NCBI GenBank assembly: GCA_918292005.1
Contig: CAKJZJ010000003.1
Location: 4,161-68,160, forward strand
From: Clostridiales bacterium
GTDB lineage: Bacteria > Bacillota > Clostridia > Christensenellales > UBA1242
Reading direction: 5' to 3'
DNA length: 64,000 nucleotides
Shown here: positions 18,575-28,468 of the stretch, in pieces
How the letters are laid out: each line of letters opens with the position of its first letter
Position numbering within the stretch: position 1 is the first letter of the stretch
Notes under the pieces: generated by a model
Told to the model about the DNA's origin: nothing
The model's input: the letters and a program-made list of their open reading frames with translations, nothing else
Databases searched by the model: none
Made by a program: the position numbers and the translations under genes

Positions 18575-20413
18575 ATGAAGTCATATACTTCTAAAGAATT
18601 GAGAGAAGAATGGTTGAATTTTTATAAAAGTAAAGGACATGTAGATATTGGTGCTGTGTCTCTTATTGGTGATGGTACTACAGGTGTTATGTTTAATGTG
18701 GCTGGTATGCAACCACTTATGCCATATCTTTTGGGTAAAAAGCATCCTATGGGTACTAGATTGTGTAATGTTCAGGGGTGTGTGCGTACAAATGATATAG
18801 AGTCAATAGGTGATGAGTGCCACTGTACTTTCTTTGAGATGATGGGGAATTGGTCTTTAGGTGATTATTTCAAAAAAGAAAAGACTGCTTGGACATTTGA
18901 ATTATTGACCAAAGTTTTTGGATTAGATCCAAACAAAATTTGTGCAACGGTATTCGAGGGTGATGCTACTGTGCCTAAAGATACAGAGACTGCTAGTCTT
19001 TTAGAGAGCCTGGGCATCAAACGCGAGAATATTTATTTTTTACCTAAAGAAGATAATTGGTGGGAATTGGCAGGTACTACTGGTACACCATGTGGTCCCG
19101 ATAATGAATGGTTCTATCCAATCAGAGAAAACAAGTGCTCTGCAAAGTGTGATATTGGCTGTAAATGTGGTAGATTTTTTGAGATTGGCAATGATGTTTA
19201 TATGCAGTATGAAAAGACATCTGATGGATATATTCCACTACAAAACAAGAATGTCGATACTGGTTTTGGACTAGAGAGATTGCTAGTATTTTTGAATAAT
19301 CTGCAGAGTGTATATGATACAGATTTATTTAGAGATGTTATCAAATACATCTGTGAAAAATCTGGAGTACAGTATGGGGCTAGTGATGATTCGACTAGAT
19401 CTATCAGAATTATCGCCGACCATATGAGAACGTCTCTCATGCTTATTGGTGATCGTAATGGTATTGTGCCTAGTAATGTTGGTGCTGGGTATATATTGCG
19501 TAGACTATTGCGTAGGGCAATTAGACATGCCAAAAAGATTGGTCTTGATACTATTGAGTTATCTAGTATAGCAAAAATATTTATAGAGAAAGTTTATGAC
19601 GAAGCCTATCCTTTCTTATTTGAAAAGGAAGCCTATATTATTTCTGAGATTGATAAAGAAGTCGAAAAATTCAACAAAACTATTGAATTGGGTTTAAAAG
19701 AATTTGAAAAAGTAATTAATGGCATCAATCGTAAAATTGAATTTTTATCTAGTCAAAATCCTAATTTTAAGCCATCTGAGAGCGACACAATTATTAGTGG
19801 TAAAGCAGCATTTAGACTCTATGATACCTTTGGTTTCCCAATTGAAATGACTATAGAAATTGCTAATGAAAAGGGTTATGGAGTAGACATTGACGGCTTT
19901 AATCAGGCGTTTAAAGAACATCAAGAGTTGGCTAGAACTACTAGTAGTGGTGCATTTAAAAGTGGTCTCGCTGGTACGGGAGAAATGGAAACTAAATACC
20001 ACACGGCTACACACCTATTGAATGCTGCATTAAAACGTGTAATTGGAGAGACATCACATCAGATGGGATCTAATATTACATCAGAAAGATTACGTTTTGA
20101 TTTTGCTTGTGATCATAAATTATCCGAACAAGAAATAAAAGATGCAGAGAGTCTGGTTAATGAGTGGATTGCTCAAGATCTAAAGGTAACCAGAGAAGAA
20201 ATGACCAAAACTCACGCAGTAGAAATAGGTGCTGAACATCAATTTTTGGATAGATATCCAGATAATGTCTCGGTATATACTATTGGTGATGTGTCCAAAG
20301 AAATTTGTACAGGTCCACACGTAGAGCATACAGGGGTTCTTGGTAAGTTTGTAATTAAAAAAGAAGAAGCATCTTCTAGTGGTGTTAGAAGGATAAAAGC
20401 AATATTAGAATAA
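18575..20413 (+). CDS. alaS: Alanine--tRNA ligase, short form ending after the editing domain
   Basis: Class II AlaRS core (FFEMMGNWSLGDYFK, NVDTGFGLERL) and editing-domain metal motifs HTATH and CTGPH. The protein stops at GVRRIKAILE and has no C-Ala domain. Confidence 0.8.
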   Translation: MKSYTSKELREEWLNFYKSKGHVDIGAVSLIGDGTTGVMFNVAGMQPLMPYLLGKKHPMGTRLCNVQGCVRTNDIESIGDECHCTFFEMMGNWSLGDYFKKEKTAWTFELLTKVFGLDPNKICATVFEGDATVPKDTETASLLESLGIKRENIYFLPKEDNWWELAGTTGTPCGPDNEWFYPIRENKCSAKCDIGCKCGRFFEIGNDVYMQYEKTSDGYIPLQNKNVDTGFGLERLLVFLNNLQSVYDTDLFRDVIKYICEKSGVQYGASDDSTRSIRIIADHMRTSLMLIGDRNGIVPSNVGAGYILRRLLRRAIRHAKKIGLDTIELSSIAKIFIEKVYDEAYPFLFEKEAYIISEIDKEVEKFNKTIELGLKEFEKVINGINRKIEFLSSQNPNFKPSESDTIISGKAAFRLYDTFGFPIEMTIEIANEKGYGVDIDGFNQAFKEHQELARTTSSGAFKSGLAGTGEMETKYHTATHLLNAALKRVIGETSHQMGSNITSERLRFDFACDHKLSEQEIKDAESLVNEWIAQDLKVTREEMTKTHAVEIGAEHQFLDRYPDNVSVYTIGDVSKEICTGPHVEHTGVLGKFVIKKEEASSSGVRRIKAILE

Positions 20414-20420
20414 AAGTATA

Positions 20421-20455
20421 AGGTAGTATTTTTACATTACTACCTTTTCTTTTTG
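20421..20455 (+). terminator. Rho-independent terminator of alaS
   Basis: AGGTAGTA...TACTACCT hairpin followed by a T-rich tract. Confidence 0.55.
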
Positions 20456-20533
20456 ATTAAAATATTTGCCTAATATAGCACTTATAGTATATAATTTATT
20501 TATAAAATAAATAAAAAACTGTGTGAGAGTGAA

Positions 20534-22066
20534 ATGAAAGCATTAAAAGGTTTGCTGATTTATATTGGTATAGTACTCGCTATATTGTTGGGTTTATGCT
20601 TTATAGTATTTGCCATAATGTATTTTGCACCAAATGTTAGGGTATTCGGTATGAGTTGTGTTCATTATCAAAAGACTACCGAGCCAGAGACTATACAGCT
20701 CAGTGATTATTCTGGATATTCAGATATCGAAATTAATTTAAGTTCGAATAAAATTGGTCTGAAGATTGTACCAGATGAAGAAATAACAGATGTTAAATAT
20801 AGTACCAAACTAAATATATTTGGTCTGGCATTTGATATTACGCAATACAGAGTTATTACCAATGTTGAGGTTAAATCTAATAAATTAATTATTGGTCTTA
20901 ATATGACCGAACCTAATGGACTAATATCATATTCGGATAGTTGTGTTGAGGTAAAAGTTCCTGCTAATAAAAAAATTGATGTAACAGTTAGGACCACATC
21001 GGGTAAGGTAACATTAGGTACGGATAAAGTTAAACTCAAAGTTAATAATATTACTATTGATACTGTGTCTGGCAATCTGATATTAATTGGCATGGCAGAT
21101 GAGAGTGGGGTATTATCTATTAATTCTCTAAATATGTCCACACAGTCTGGCAAATTTGACTTGTCATCTATCACTACATTGAATGTAAGCAGTACTATAC
21201 AAATGATAGCAGGCGACGGATATTTCAAGTTTAAAAATGTTAATGCTCCAATAGATGTCAGGGGTAGCGATGTTAGATTCGATGCAGAAGACATCAATTG
21301 TGGAATGTCGGGACTAAAGTTTATTTCGGATAATGGCTATATTAATTTGAAAACATTACAATCAAATGCAGCAGCTGAAAATACTATAGTTACAGATAAT
21401 TGTAGCGTAAATATCCAGAATATCTATGGTAAAACTGGTATTGTTACTACTTATGGTGGTATAAATATTGGTACAACAAATCATTATACAGTATTAAAAA
21501 GTGTGCATGGTAATATAAAGGTTGAGCATGCTTTATCTGATATTAGCGTTACAACCAAGTTTGGTGGTATCACAGTTAATGAATACAAAAGTAATGGTAT
21601 TTTCATTAGTGAAAAGGGTGATATAAAAGTAATCGATAAGGGTGATTATGTAGACGGATATTATACCAAAATTAATAATATAACTGGTAGTGTTGACGCA
21701 GACATTAATATCAATAAGTTGCTTTTGCAGACTACGGGTAGATCAAAGGTTTCTGTAACTTTTAGAGAAGTAAAAACAGGATTAACACCAGAAACAACAT
21801 TCCAACACCAAGTAAAAATTGGTGAAGGTGGTTCATGTACAGTTTATCTCAATCCAATTATTTCCAAGCCTTTCAAATTTATTGCATCTGGAGAAATATC
21901 TGGAGAGATATCTGGTATTACACTTGAATATGAAGGGTATAATGTTCAATCTCGTGAAGGGTATCAATATTATCCTAGTGTCAATGAGAAGTATCGTGCA
22001 GATACCGAATCGGCATACTTTCTATTCTTAGGCAAGATTCACTTTACTAGTTATTTGCCATCCTAA
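20534..22066 (+). CDS. Membrane-anchored beta-strand-repeat protein (DUF4097-like putative adhesin)
   Basis: N-terminal TM anchor followed by repeated V..TSGKVTL / VSGNLIL / QSGKFDL / HGNIKV strand motifs. Confidence 0.45.
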   Translation: MKALKGLLIYIGIVLAILLGLCFIVFAIMYFAPNVRVFGMSCVHYQKTTEPETIQLSDYSGYSDIEINLSSNKIGLKIVPDEEITDVKYSTKLNIFGLAFDITQYRVITNVEVKSNKLIIGLNMTEPNGLISYSDSCVEVKVPANKKIDVTVRTTSGKVTLGTDKVKLKVNNITIDTVSGNLILIGMADESGVLSINSLNMSTQSGKFDLSSITTLNVSSTIQMIAGDGYFKFKNVNAPIDVRGSDVRFDAEDINCGMSGLKFISDNGYINLKTLQSNAAAENTIVTDNCSVNIQNIYGKTGIVTTYGGINIGTTNHYTVLKSVHGNIKVEHALSDISVTTKFGGITVNEYKSNGIFISEKGDIKVIDKGDYVDGYYTKINNITGSVDADININKLLLQTTGRSKVSVTFREVKTGLTPETTFQHQVKIGEGGSCTVYLNPIISKPFKFIASGEISGEISGITLEYEGYNVQSREGYQYYPSVNEKYRADTESAYFLFLGKIHFTSYLPS

Positions 22067-22074
22067 TAATAATT

Positions 22075-22104
22075 AAAAAACACACCAAATTAGGTGTGTT
22101 TTTT
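22075..22104. terminator. Bidirectional terminator
   Basis: ACACACC-AAATTA-GGTGTGT hairpin flanked by A6 and T6. Confidence 0.7.
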
Positions 22105-22119
22105 ATTGTTTGCATAATA

Positions 22120-23523
22120 TTAATTGTCATATTTATTTAGGAATGAATGTATGTATTTCATATTTCTTTCACATTCGATTTCTGTTGGGAATTCCATATA
22201 TACTTTTAGTAGGTCTTCAGTACCAGAAAATCTAATTAAAATCCAAGAGCCATCTTCAAATATATATTTCCAGCCTTCCATTTTATCTATATGTTCAGGT
22301 TTGTATGAGAATTGTGGTGTGATTTTATTTAGGGTTTTGATTAATTTTGCTTTATTTTTGACTTTCAAATCAACACTTCTGTATGATGAGATGTAACCTG
22401 CGAAATCTTTTACTTCTTCTACAATTTTAGTTAATGGTTTTTTAATAGTTGCCATTGCATCTAGTAGTAGGGACATTGCAAATAATCCGTCTTTGCTAGG
22501 TATATAACCTTTCATTGTTAGTCCACCAGATTGTTCTCCACCGAATATTGCATTAGTTTCTTTCATTTTAGATGATGTATATTTGAATCCTACAGGGACG
22601 GTGTGGCATTTGTAACCAAATTTTTCTGCCAACATATCTAAAATATTGCTAGTTGCAACATTTTTTACTACGTCGCCTTTTAATTTTCTATACTTTATTA
22701 GATAGTAATAAATAATTGCCATCACTATATTGTAGTCTAGATAATCACCTTTTTCTGTAATAACGCCTAGTCTATCGCCATCGCCATCACTGGCTACTCC
22801 TATACTATAATGACCTTTGACTACCATTGATTTAAAGTCTGTGAGTGTTTCTTCATTTGGGCATGGTAGGGAGTATCCAAAATATGGATCTGTATCACTA
22901 TTGAGCAATGTGAATTGTTGTAATTTGTATGCTTTTGCCAATTCTCCAATATGTTCAGCAGTAGTTCCATGCATAGCATTGAAGATTACTTTTAATTTAT
23001 TATTCTTTATATCTTTAGATATAAATTTCTGTATACCTTTTAGGTATTCTTTATTATTATCGTAATCTACTATTAGTTTTTCTTTTTGTGCTTGTTCGTA
23101 GTTTAGAGCCTTTACATTTTTAGCACTATTGGCTATTTTTTCTAATTTTTCAGTTAATTCTGGTTGCGCATCTTGACCACCATGCACACATATTTTAATG
23201 CCACTATATTGATATGGATTGTGACTAGCAGTAATTATTACACCGTATGCAAAGTCTTCTACCATCGCTGCATACATGACTGCAGGGGAAGAAATGGTGG
23301 TGGTGTAGACATAGCTAGGTATTTTTTGGTTAGCCATTACTTCTGCAAACCATATAGCAAATTGTCTACCCATAAATCTTTTATCGTAACCAATTACTAT
23401 TGGCTTATTATTTTTATCTTGTTTCATTATTTTTGCTAGAGCATAGGCTATTTTTTGTACGTTTTCTTTTGTAAATTCATCGCCAATTATTGCTCTAAAG
23501 CCGCTTGTTCCGAAATGTATCAT
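22120..23523 (-). CDS. Phosphoglucomutase/phosphomannomutase-family phosphohexomutase
   Basis: Active-site loop TASHNPYQYSGIK, metal loop SDGDGDR, and sugar loop GGEQSGG. Confidence 0.85.
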   Translation of the reverse strand: MIHFGTSGFRAIIGDEFTKENVQKIAYALAKIMKQDKNNKPIVIGYDKRFMGRQFAIWFAEVMANQKIPSYVYTTTISSPAVMYAAMVEDFAYGVIITASHNPYQYSGIKICVHGGQDAQPELTEKLEKIANSAKNVKALNYEQAQKEKLIVDYDNNKEYLKGIQKFISKDIKNNKLKVIFNAMHGTTAEHIGELAKAYKLQQFTLLNSDTDPYFGYSLPCPNEETLTDFKSMVVKGHYSIGVASDGDGDRLGVITEKGDYLDYNIVMAIIYYYLIKYRKLKGDVVKNVATSNILDMLAEKFGYKCHTVPVGFKYTSSKMKETNAIFGGEQSGGLTMKGYIPSKDGLFAMSLLLDAMATIKKPLTKIVEEVKDFAGYISSYRSVDLKVKNKAKLIKTLNKITPQFSYKPEHIDKMEGWKYIFEDGSWILIRFSGTEDLLKVYMEFPTEIECERNMKYIHSFLNKYDN

Positions 23524-23669
23524 TATTTTGTCTCCTAATTGATTTTCCTTTTTAGTCTATAATACTTATATAAAAAAATCAAATTTTTATCATTATTATT
23601 ACAAAAAAATATCAATTACTTGAAAAAAAACTTATTATCTAGTAAACTAAATAAAAGTGAGTGAGAGAT

Positions 23670-24335
23670 ATGATAAAAGTAAATCATTTGTATGTAGCAT
23701 TTACCAAAGAGTTTTATACGTTGAATGATATTTCATTTGAAATGCAACCGGGCGATAAAATGGTAATTGTGGGTGGTAAAGAAAGTGGACGTACAGCAAT
23801 GCTTAGGACATTGGTTGGTCTAGAATCTATCGCAAAAGGTGAAATTTTTTATAAAAATATTAGCATAGATAAAGTTGACTTTGAGAATGATATTTCTCTA
23901 GGATATTTGCCCGATATGCCATCTTTTCTGGAGAATAAATCGGTAAAACAAAATATAGAGTATGTATTGAAAATTAGAAAAAATGATCCAGTTTTTATGA
24001 ATGCAAAAGTCAATAATGCATTGGTGGGTTATGGTTTGGATTTTATTAAAAACAAGAAATGTAGAGAATTGAGTATTTATGAGAGAATACGAGTTGCAAT
24101 AGCAAGGCTATCAGTTAGAAATTTAGACGTACTGTTTGTTGATGATATATTTACCAGACTTTCCGAAGATGAAAAGAAAAGAGTGGTAAAAATGCTCAAA
24201 GAATTGATAAAGATGAATAATGCAACTGCTATTATTATGGTGGAGAGCGAAGATATAGCCAAGGCCTTTGGATATAATAAAAAATATCTGAATTATGGAA
24301 CTTTGACTGAAGAAGAAAATCATGAATTTGATTAA
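23670..24335 (+). CDS. ABC ATPase-like protein with degenerate catalytic motifs
   Basis: ABC fold is recognisable. Walker A is GGKESGRT (K to R), the signature is LSIYE instead of LSGGQ, Walker B is VLFVDDIF (no catalytic E), and there is no H-loop histidine. No permease gene is adjacent. Confidence 0.6.
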   Translation: MIKVNHLYVAFTKEFYTLNDISFEMQPGDKMVIVGGKESGRTAMLRTLVGLESIAKGEIFYKNISIDKVDFENDISLGYLPDMPSFLENKSVKQNIEYVLKIRKNDPVFMNAKVNNALVGYGLDFIKNKKCRELSIYERIRVAIARLSVRNLDVLFVDDIFTRLSEDEKKRVVKMLKELIKMNNATAIIMVESEDIAKAFGYNKKYLNYGTLTEEENHEFD

Positions 24336-24366
24336 TAAAGAGTCGATTATTTATCGACTCTTTTTA
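24336..24366. terminator. Bidirectional terminator
   Basis: AGAGTCGAT-TATTT-ATCGACTCT perfect 9-bp hairpin followed by T5, between convergent genes. Confidence 0.65.
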
Positions 24367-24769
24367 GTTTTTCTATATCATATTTATGCGTATTGGGGAA
24401 ATTCTCTGTATTGTCTATGTTTTGTTTTTTGATGTTATTAGAGAATAAAGAAAAAATTTTTTCCATCTGTGGATTGTCTTTGAATAATAATTTCGACATT
24501 ATCTTCATCATATCATTTGGTTTTTTTTCTTTCTGTGTAAGGATTTGAATTAGTGGTAATATTGAATCAATATCAGAGTTTTGCGAGTTTGTCATTTGTG
24601 GCTCGGTGGTATTTTCATACCTATGCTCAGATTGAATCCTAATTTTTTCTTGACCAGATTTGGTGTATTTTATGGGAAATTGACCATAGGGATATTGATT
24701 CATGATCTCCTTTGGTATGTTATTATTCTCAAATCTAGTGTCGGTTGTCTGACTCATAATTCCTTCCAA
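24347..24769 (-). CDS. Hypothetical protein (140 aa, N/Q/K-rich)
   Basis: ORF with a terminator directly downstream. No motif recognised. Confidence 0.45.
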   Translation of the reverse strand: MEGIMSQTTDTRFENNNIPKEIMNQYPYGQFPIKYTKSGQEKIRIQSEHRYENTTEPQMTNSQNSDIDSILPLIQILTQKEKKPNDMMKIMSKLLFKDNPQMEKIFSLFSNNIKKQNIDNTENFPNTHKYDIEKLKRVDK

Positions 24770-24866
24770 AATCTATTTGTATATTTTATATGCAGATTTA
24801 ATAATATATGTGCCATATGTAATCACAAAGAAAATCGAATACATATAATGGAATAAGGGGGATGAG

Positions 24867-25166
24867 ATGAAACTAAGTGATTATGTGAATGCATGTAATT
24901 CAAATAAAGATAATGAGAAAATACAAAGTAGTGAAATATCAGTTAGTCAACATTCTAACAATCTAAATGAAATGCTGGAAAAATATAGTACATATAACAG
25001 TAATGAATTAATGAATGAATTTATTAGAGTGACCATAGAAAAAAAGAAAAATGGGGAATTGAATAGCAACGAATTAGAAAATCTGAAAAAAACGATAGTA
25101 CCATATTTAAACGATGCACAAAAAAATGAATTAAATAGATTATTGCAGTTGGTACAAAATGTATAA
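24867..25166 (+). CDS. Hypothetical protein (99 aa), translationally coupled to S8 protease gene
   Basis: GGGGGATGAG RBS region. The stop overlaps the ATG of the next gene by 8 nt. Confidence 0.5.
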   Translation: MKLSDYVNACNSNKDNEKIQSSEISVSQHSNNLNEMLEKYSTYNSNELMNEFIRVTIEKKKNGELNSNELENLKKTIVPYLNDAQKNELNRLLQLVQNV

Positions 25167-26295
25167 TAACAAAATTGATAAACGACTATTAGAAAAAATA
25201 AGTATTCAGTCATACAATGAAAAAATAAATGTAATAGTCTTGAGTAAAAATATTAATTGCATAAATAGAAGCCTGAGCTGTTCTAGTAAATATATCATGC
25301 CATCACTAAATTGCGCTTTTGCTAGACTAAATAAAAAAGAAATATTTAACCTAGCTATGAATGAAAATATAGAATATATATCATCTGATGCAATAGTAAA
25401 AAGCATGGTGTATGAGTCAAAAAAATTTATTGGTTATGATGATGTCTATACAATGTTTAAAAACAATGAGGCTCATACCTGTGTTGTTATTGATACTGGA
25501 GTATATCCACATATTGATTTTTGTCTAGGGCATAATCGTATTATAAAGTTTGTTGATTTGATTAATAATCGTGATGTTATGTATGATGATAATGGACATG
25601 GTACTTTTATTACAGGTGTAATAAGTGCGAATAGTATTACCAATAAATATAGTGGTTTTGACAATAATTCACATATAATTGTCATAAAGGCATTAGATAA
25701 GAATGGAGAAACAACTACATCAAAAATACTAGAAGCAATACAGTGGGTGCTAAATAATAGAGACTCGTACAATATAAAAGTAGTATGTATGAGTTTTGGT
25801 AGTCTGAATGATGGGTATGCCGATCCTTTATCTAATGCAGCAGAAATACTATGGGATAATGGTATTGTAGTGGTGGCTGCTGCTGGTAATAGTGGACCAT
25901 TACCTAGGACAATTATGTCGCCAGGGACATCTAGAAAGATTATTACAGTCGGGTCTCTCGATAGTGTTTATTCTGGTAATATTGCTGTTGCCAATTTTAG
26001 TAGTCGTGGACCTGTTTTCGATTATTATAAACCTGATATGTTGTTGCCTGGAGTAGATATTATATCTACCAATATATTTTCTCGTGGTAAAAAATTTTAT
26101 ACTTCTATGTCTGGTACGAGTGTATCTACTCCAATGGTTGTAGGCATTGTTAGTTTACTATTTGCCACCAATGAAAGTTACACTCCCGATCAGATTAAAT
26201 ATATGTTAGTATCTTCGTGTGTTCGTATTACTGGTAATCGTGATGCAGAAGGTTTTGGATGGTTGGATTTGCGAAAATTAAATCTTATTAAATAA
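25159..26295 (+). CDS. Subtilisin-family (S8) serine protease, no signal peptide
   Basis: Catalytic triad motifs VIDTGV (Asp), HGTFITG (His) and SGTSVSTP (Ser). The N-terminal ~90 aa look like a propeptide rather than a secretion signal. Confidence 0.85.
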   Translation: MYNNKIDKRLLEKISIQSYNEKINVIVLSKNINCINRSLSCSSKYIMPSLNCAFARLNKKEIFNLAMNENIEYISSDAIVKSMVYESKKFIGYDDVYTMFKNNEAHTCVVIDTGVYPHIDFCLGHNRIIKFVDLINNRDVMYDDNGHGTFITGVISANSITNKYSGFDNNSHIIVIKALDKNGETTTSKILEAIQWVLNNRDSYNIKVVCMSFGSLNDGYADPLSNAAEILWDNGIVVVAAAGNSGPLPRTIMSPGTSRKIITVGSLDSVYSGNIAVANFSSRGPVFDYYKPDMLLPGVDIISTNIFSRGKKFYTSMSGTSVSTPMVVGIVSLLFATNESYTPDQIKYMLVSSCVRITGNRDAEGFGWLDLRKLNLIK

Positions 26296-26326
26296 AAAGG
26301 TGGAGACTATTGCTTCACCTTTTATT
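26294..26326. terminator. Bidirectional terminator
   Basis: AAAGGTG...CACCTTT hairpin between convergent genes. Confidence 0.5.
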
Positions 26327-27451
26327 TATATCTTGGATGATTTCCTTTATTGCATATATTAGTTTATCTATTTGTTGTTTACTATTTTTTTGATTTAGGC
26401 TTACTCTAGTGAGTCCGTTTTTGGTTGTTCCGAGATATTTATGTATGAGTGGTGCACATTGTAGACCAGACCTTGTTGCAATATGATATTTTTCATCTAA
26501 TATATTTGATACTTCGCTGCTGTCAATTCCTTTTATTGTGAAAGATATTATTCCTGCATTATTTATAGGAGAATATAAGTTTAGATTTTTAATATTGTTT
26601 AGTTGGTCTCTTGTATATGCGGTTAGTTGTTTTATTTTTTCATTAATATATTTTTGTTTTTTAATTGTGTATTTTAGTCCTGCCAACATTCCTAATATGC
26701 CTACTATATTTGGAGTTCCACTTTCTATTCCATCTGGTATATCTGTAGGTTGTTTTATTTTATCACTGTATGTACCAGTACCACCATATATGAGTGGGGT
26801 GACTTTTACATCGTTTAATAGTAATGCACCTATGCCTTGTGGTGCAAATATACCTTTATGACCAGACATAGTTAGCATGTTTATATTCATCTTCTGCATA
26901 TCTATATTTTCATGACCTATGCTTTGTGCTCCGTCTACTAGGAAAATTAATTTGTTTTTTTTGCAAATTTTACCGATAGCATCTATGTTTTGTGTGTCAC
27001 CAGTTACATTGCTGACATGATTAATAATGACCATGTATGTATTGGGTTTAATAGCATTGATGATATCTTTTGTGCTTATCTGTCCATTCTTATTGGGTTC
27101 CAATGTGGTGTAGGTTATATTGTGTGTAGAGTGTAGATGCTCCAGAGTCCGAAGAACGCTATTGTGTTCGAAAACTGTTGTTATTATATGGCCATCTTTT
27201 TTTATAGTTCCATTTAATGCAATATTTATTGACATGGTACAGCCACTAGTTAATATAACATTGTCGGGCGTTGTTCCTACATACTCGGCTAGTAATTCTC
27301 TGCATTCGTACACTTTTTCTTCTGCTTTTGTCACAATATTATTACCAGATCTATGTGGATTGACACTATATTTACCTAAACCTTGTAGGCATGCCCATTT
27401 AACACAGAGAGGCTTAAAGTGGGTGGTAGATGAATTGTCTAGATATATCAT
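26315..27451 (-). CDS. Class V aminotransferase / cysteine desulfurase family protein
   Basis: PLP-lysine motif SGHKG, and overall NifS/IscS-like layout (IYLDNSSTT, HNSV, GGTG). Confidence 0.8.
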   Translation of the reverse strand: MIYLDNSSTTHFKPLCVKWACLQGLGKYSVNPHRSGNNIVTKAEEKVYECRELLAEYVGTTPDNVILTSGCTMSINIALNGTIKKDGHIITTVFEHNSVLRTLEHLHSTHNITYTTLEPNKNGQISTKDIINAIKPNTYMVIINHVSNVTGDTQNIDAIGKICKKNKLIFLVDGAQSIGHENIDMQKMNINMLTMSGHKGIFAPQGIGALLLNDVKVTPLIYGGTGTYSDKIKQPTDIPDGIESGTPNIVGILGMLAGLKYTIKKQKYINEKIKQLTAYTRDQLNNIKNLNLYSPINNAGIISFTIKGIDSSEVSNILDEKYHIATRSGLQCAPLIHKYLGTTKNGLTRVSLNQKNSKQQIDKLIYAIKEIIQDINKR

Positions 27452-27521
27452 ATAATCTCCTTTTCACAAAAATACTCTATTATAAATATTATGAAATAGA
27501 ATTAATTTTTGTGGAGTGAAT

Positions 27522-27779
27522 ATGAATAATATTTTAGCAGTATTTGGTAATAGAAACCATACTATGCAATTTGCATCATATATGCGTAAATCAGGCAAGT
27601 TTTGCAAAATAATAGATACGCCTAGAGACATATCAAAAGCATGTGGAATATCAATAGTTTTTAGTAATAGAGATCTGACTGTAGCTAGATTTATACTGAA
27701 TCGTTTTCAATTATCTTCGTTTAATGGTATGTATGAAATACACGAAAATGGCATATTCAGAAATTATCGCAGGATTTAG
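27522..27779 (+). CDS. DUF3343-like small protein (putative S/Se carrier-like)
   Basis: 85 aa. The FGNRNHTMQFASYMRKSG...IIDTPRDIS..CGISI pattern is typical of DUF3343. Divergent from the cysteine desulfurase gene. Confidence 0.5.
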   Translation: MNNILAVFGNRNHTMQFASYMRKSGKFCKIIDTPRDISKACGISIVFSNRDLTVARFILNRFQLSSFNGMYEIHENGIFRNYRRI

Positions 27780-27823
27780 ATATTACACTTTGAGATGGCG
27801 ATAATTTGTGATATAATAATTAT

Positions 27824-28468
27824 ATGAAAAAATTATCGGCTAGTTTTATTGAAAAATATTTGGATTCAATCATAGAGAGTCCAAAGTCGGAATTGCAGTT
27901 TAATAGTCCTTTTGAGCTTCTGGTTGCTGTTATGCTTTCTGCACAATGTACAGATAAGAGAGTGAATATTATAACCAGCAAACTTTTTCCGGTTTATCAC
28001 ACACCAGAAGCATTTGCTAAATTGACTACCGATGAACTGGAAAAATATATTCATTCTTGCACATATTACCACAATAAAGCCAAAAATATCATTAATGCTA
28101 GTAGGGATATAGTCGACAGATTTGGTGGTCAAGTGCCTACCAAACATGCCGATCTAGTGAGTCTAGCTGGTGTTGGAAATAAAACTGCCAATGTTGTACA
28201 AGCAGTGGCTTTTGGTCAACAGGCTTTTGCTGTAGATACCCATATTTTGCGTGTATCGAATAGATTGGGACTAGTCGAAACTAAAAATCCTGATATCTGT
28301 GAGAGAGTATTAAAGCAGTTTTTTCAAGGTAAAGATTATAATAAAATGCATCATCTAATGTTGCTGTTTGGGAGATATTATTGTACGGCTAGGTCTCCAC
28401 GGTGTAGTGATTGCGAGTTGTGTGATTATTGTATAAAAAAGGTGGGAGAGAAAAATGTTTCTAGATAA
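27824..28468 (+). CDS. nth: Endonuclease III
   Basis: HhH-GPD motif (LVSLAGVGNKTANVV...D) and a C-terminal 4Fe-4S cluster C-x6-C-x2-C-x5-C (CTARSPRCSDCELCDYC). Confidence 0.9.
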   Translation: MKKLSASFIEKYLDSIIESPKSELQFNSPFELLVAVMLSAQCTDKRVNIITSKLFPVYHTPEAFAKLTTDELEKYIHSCTYYHNKAKNIINASRDIVDRFGGQVPTKHADLVSLAGVGNKTANVVQAVAFGQQAFAVDTHILRVSNRLGLVETKNPDICERVLKQFFQGKDYNKMHHLMLLFGRYYCTARSPRCSDCELCDYCIKKVGEKNVSR

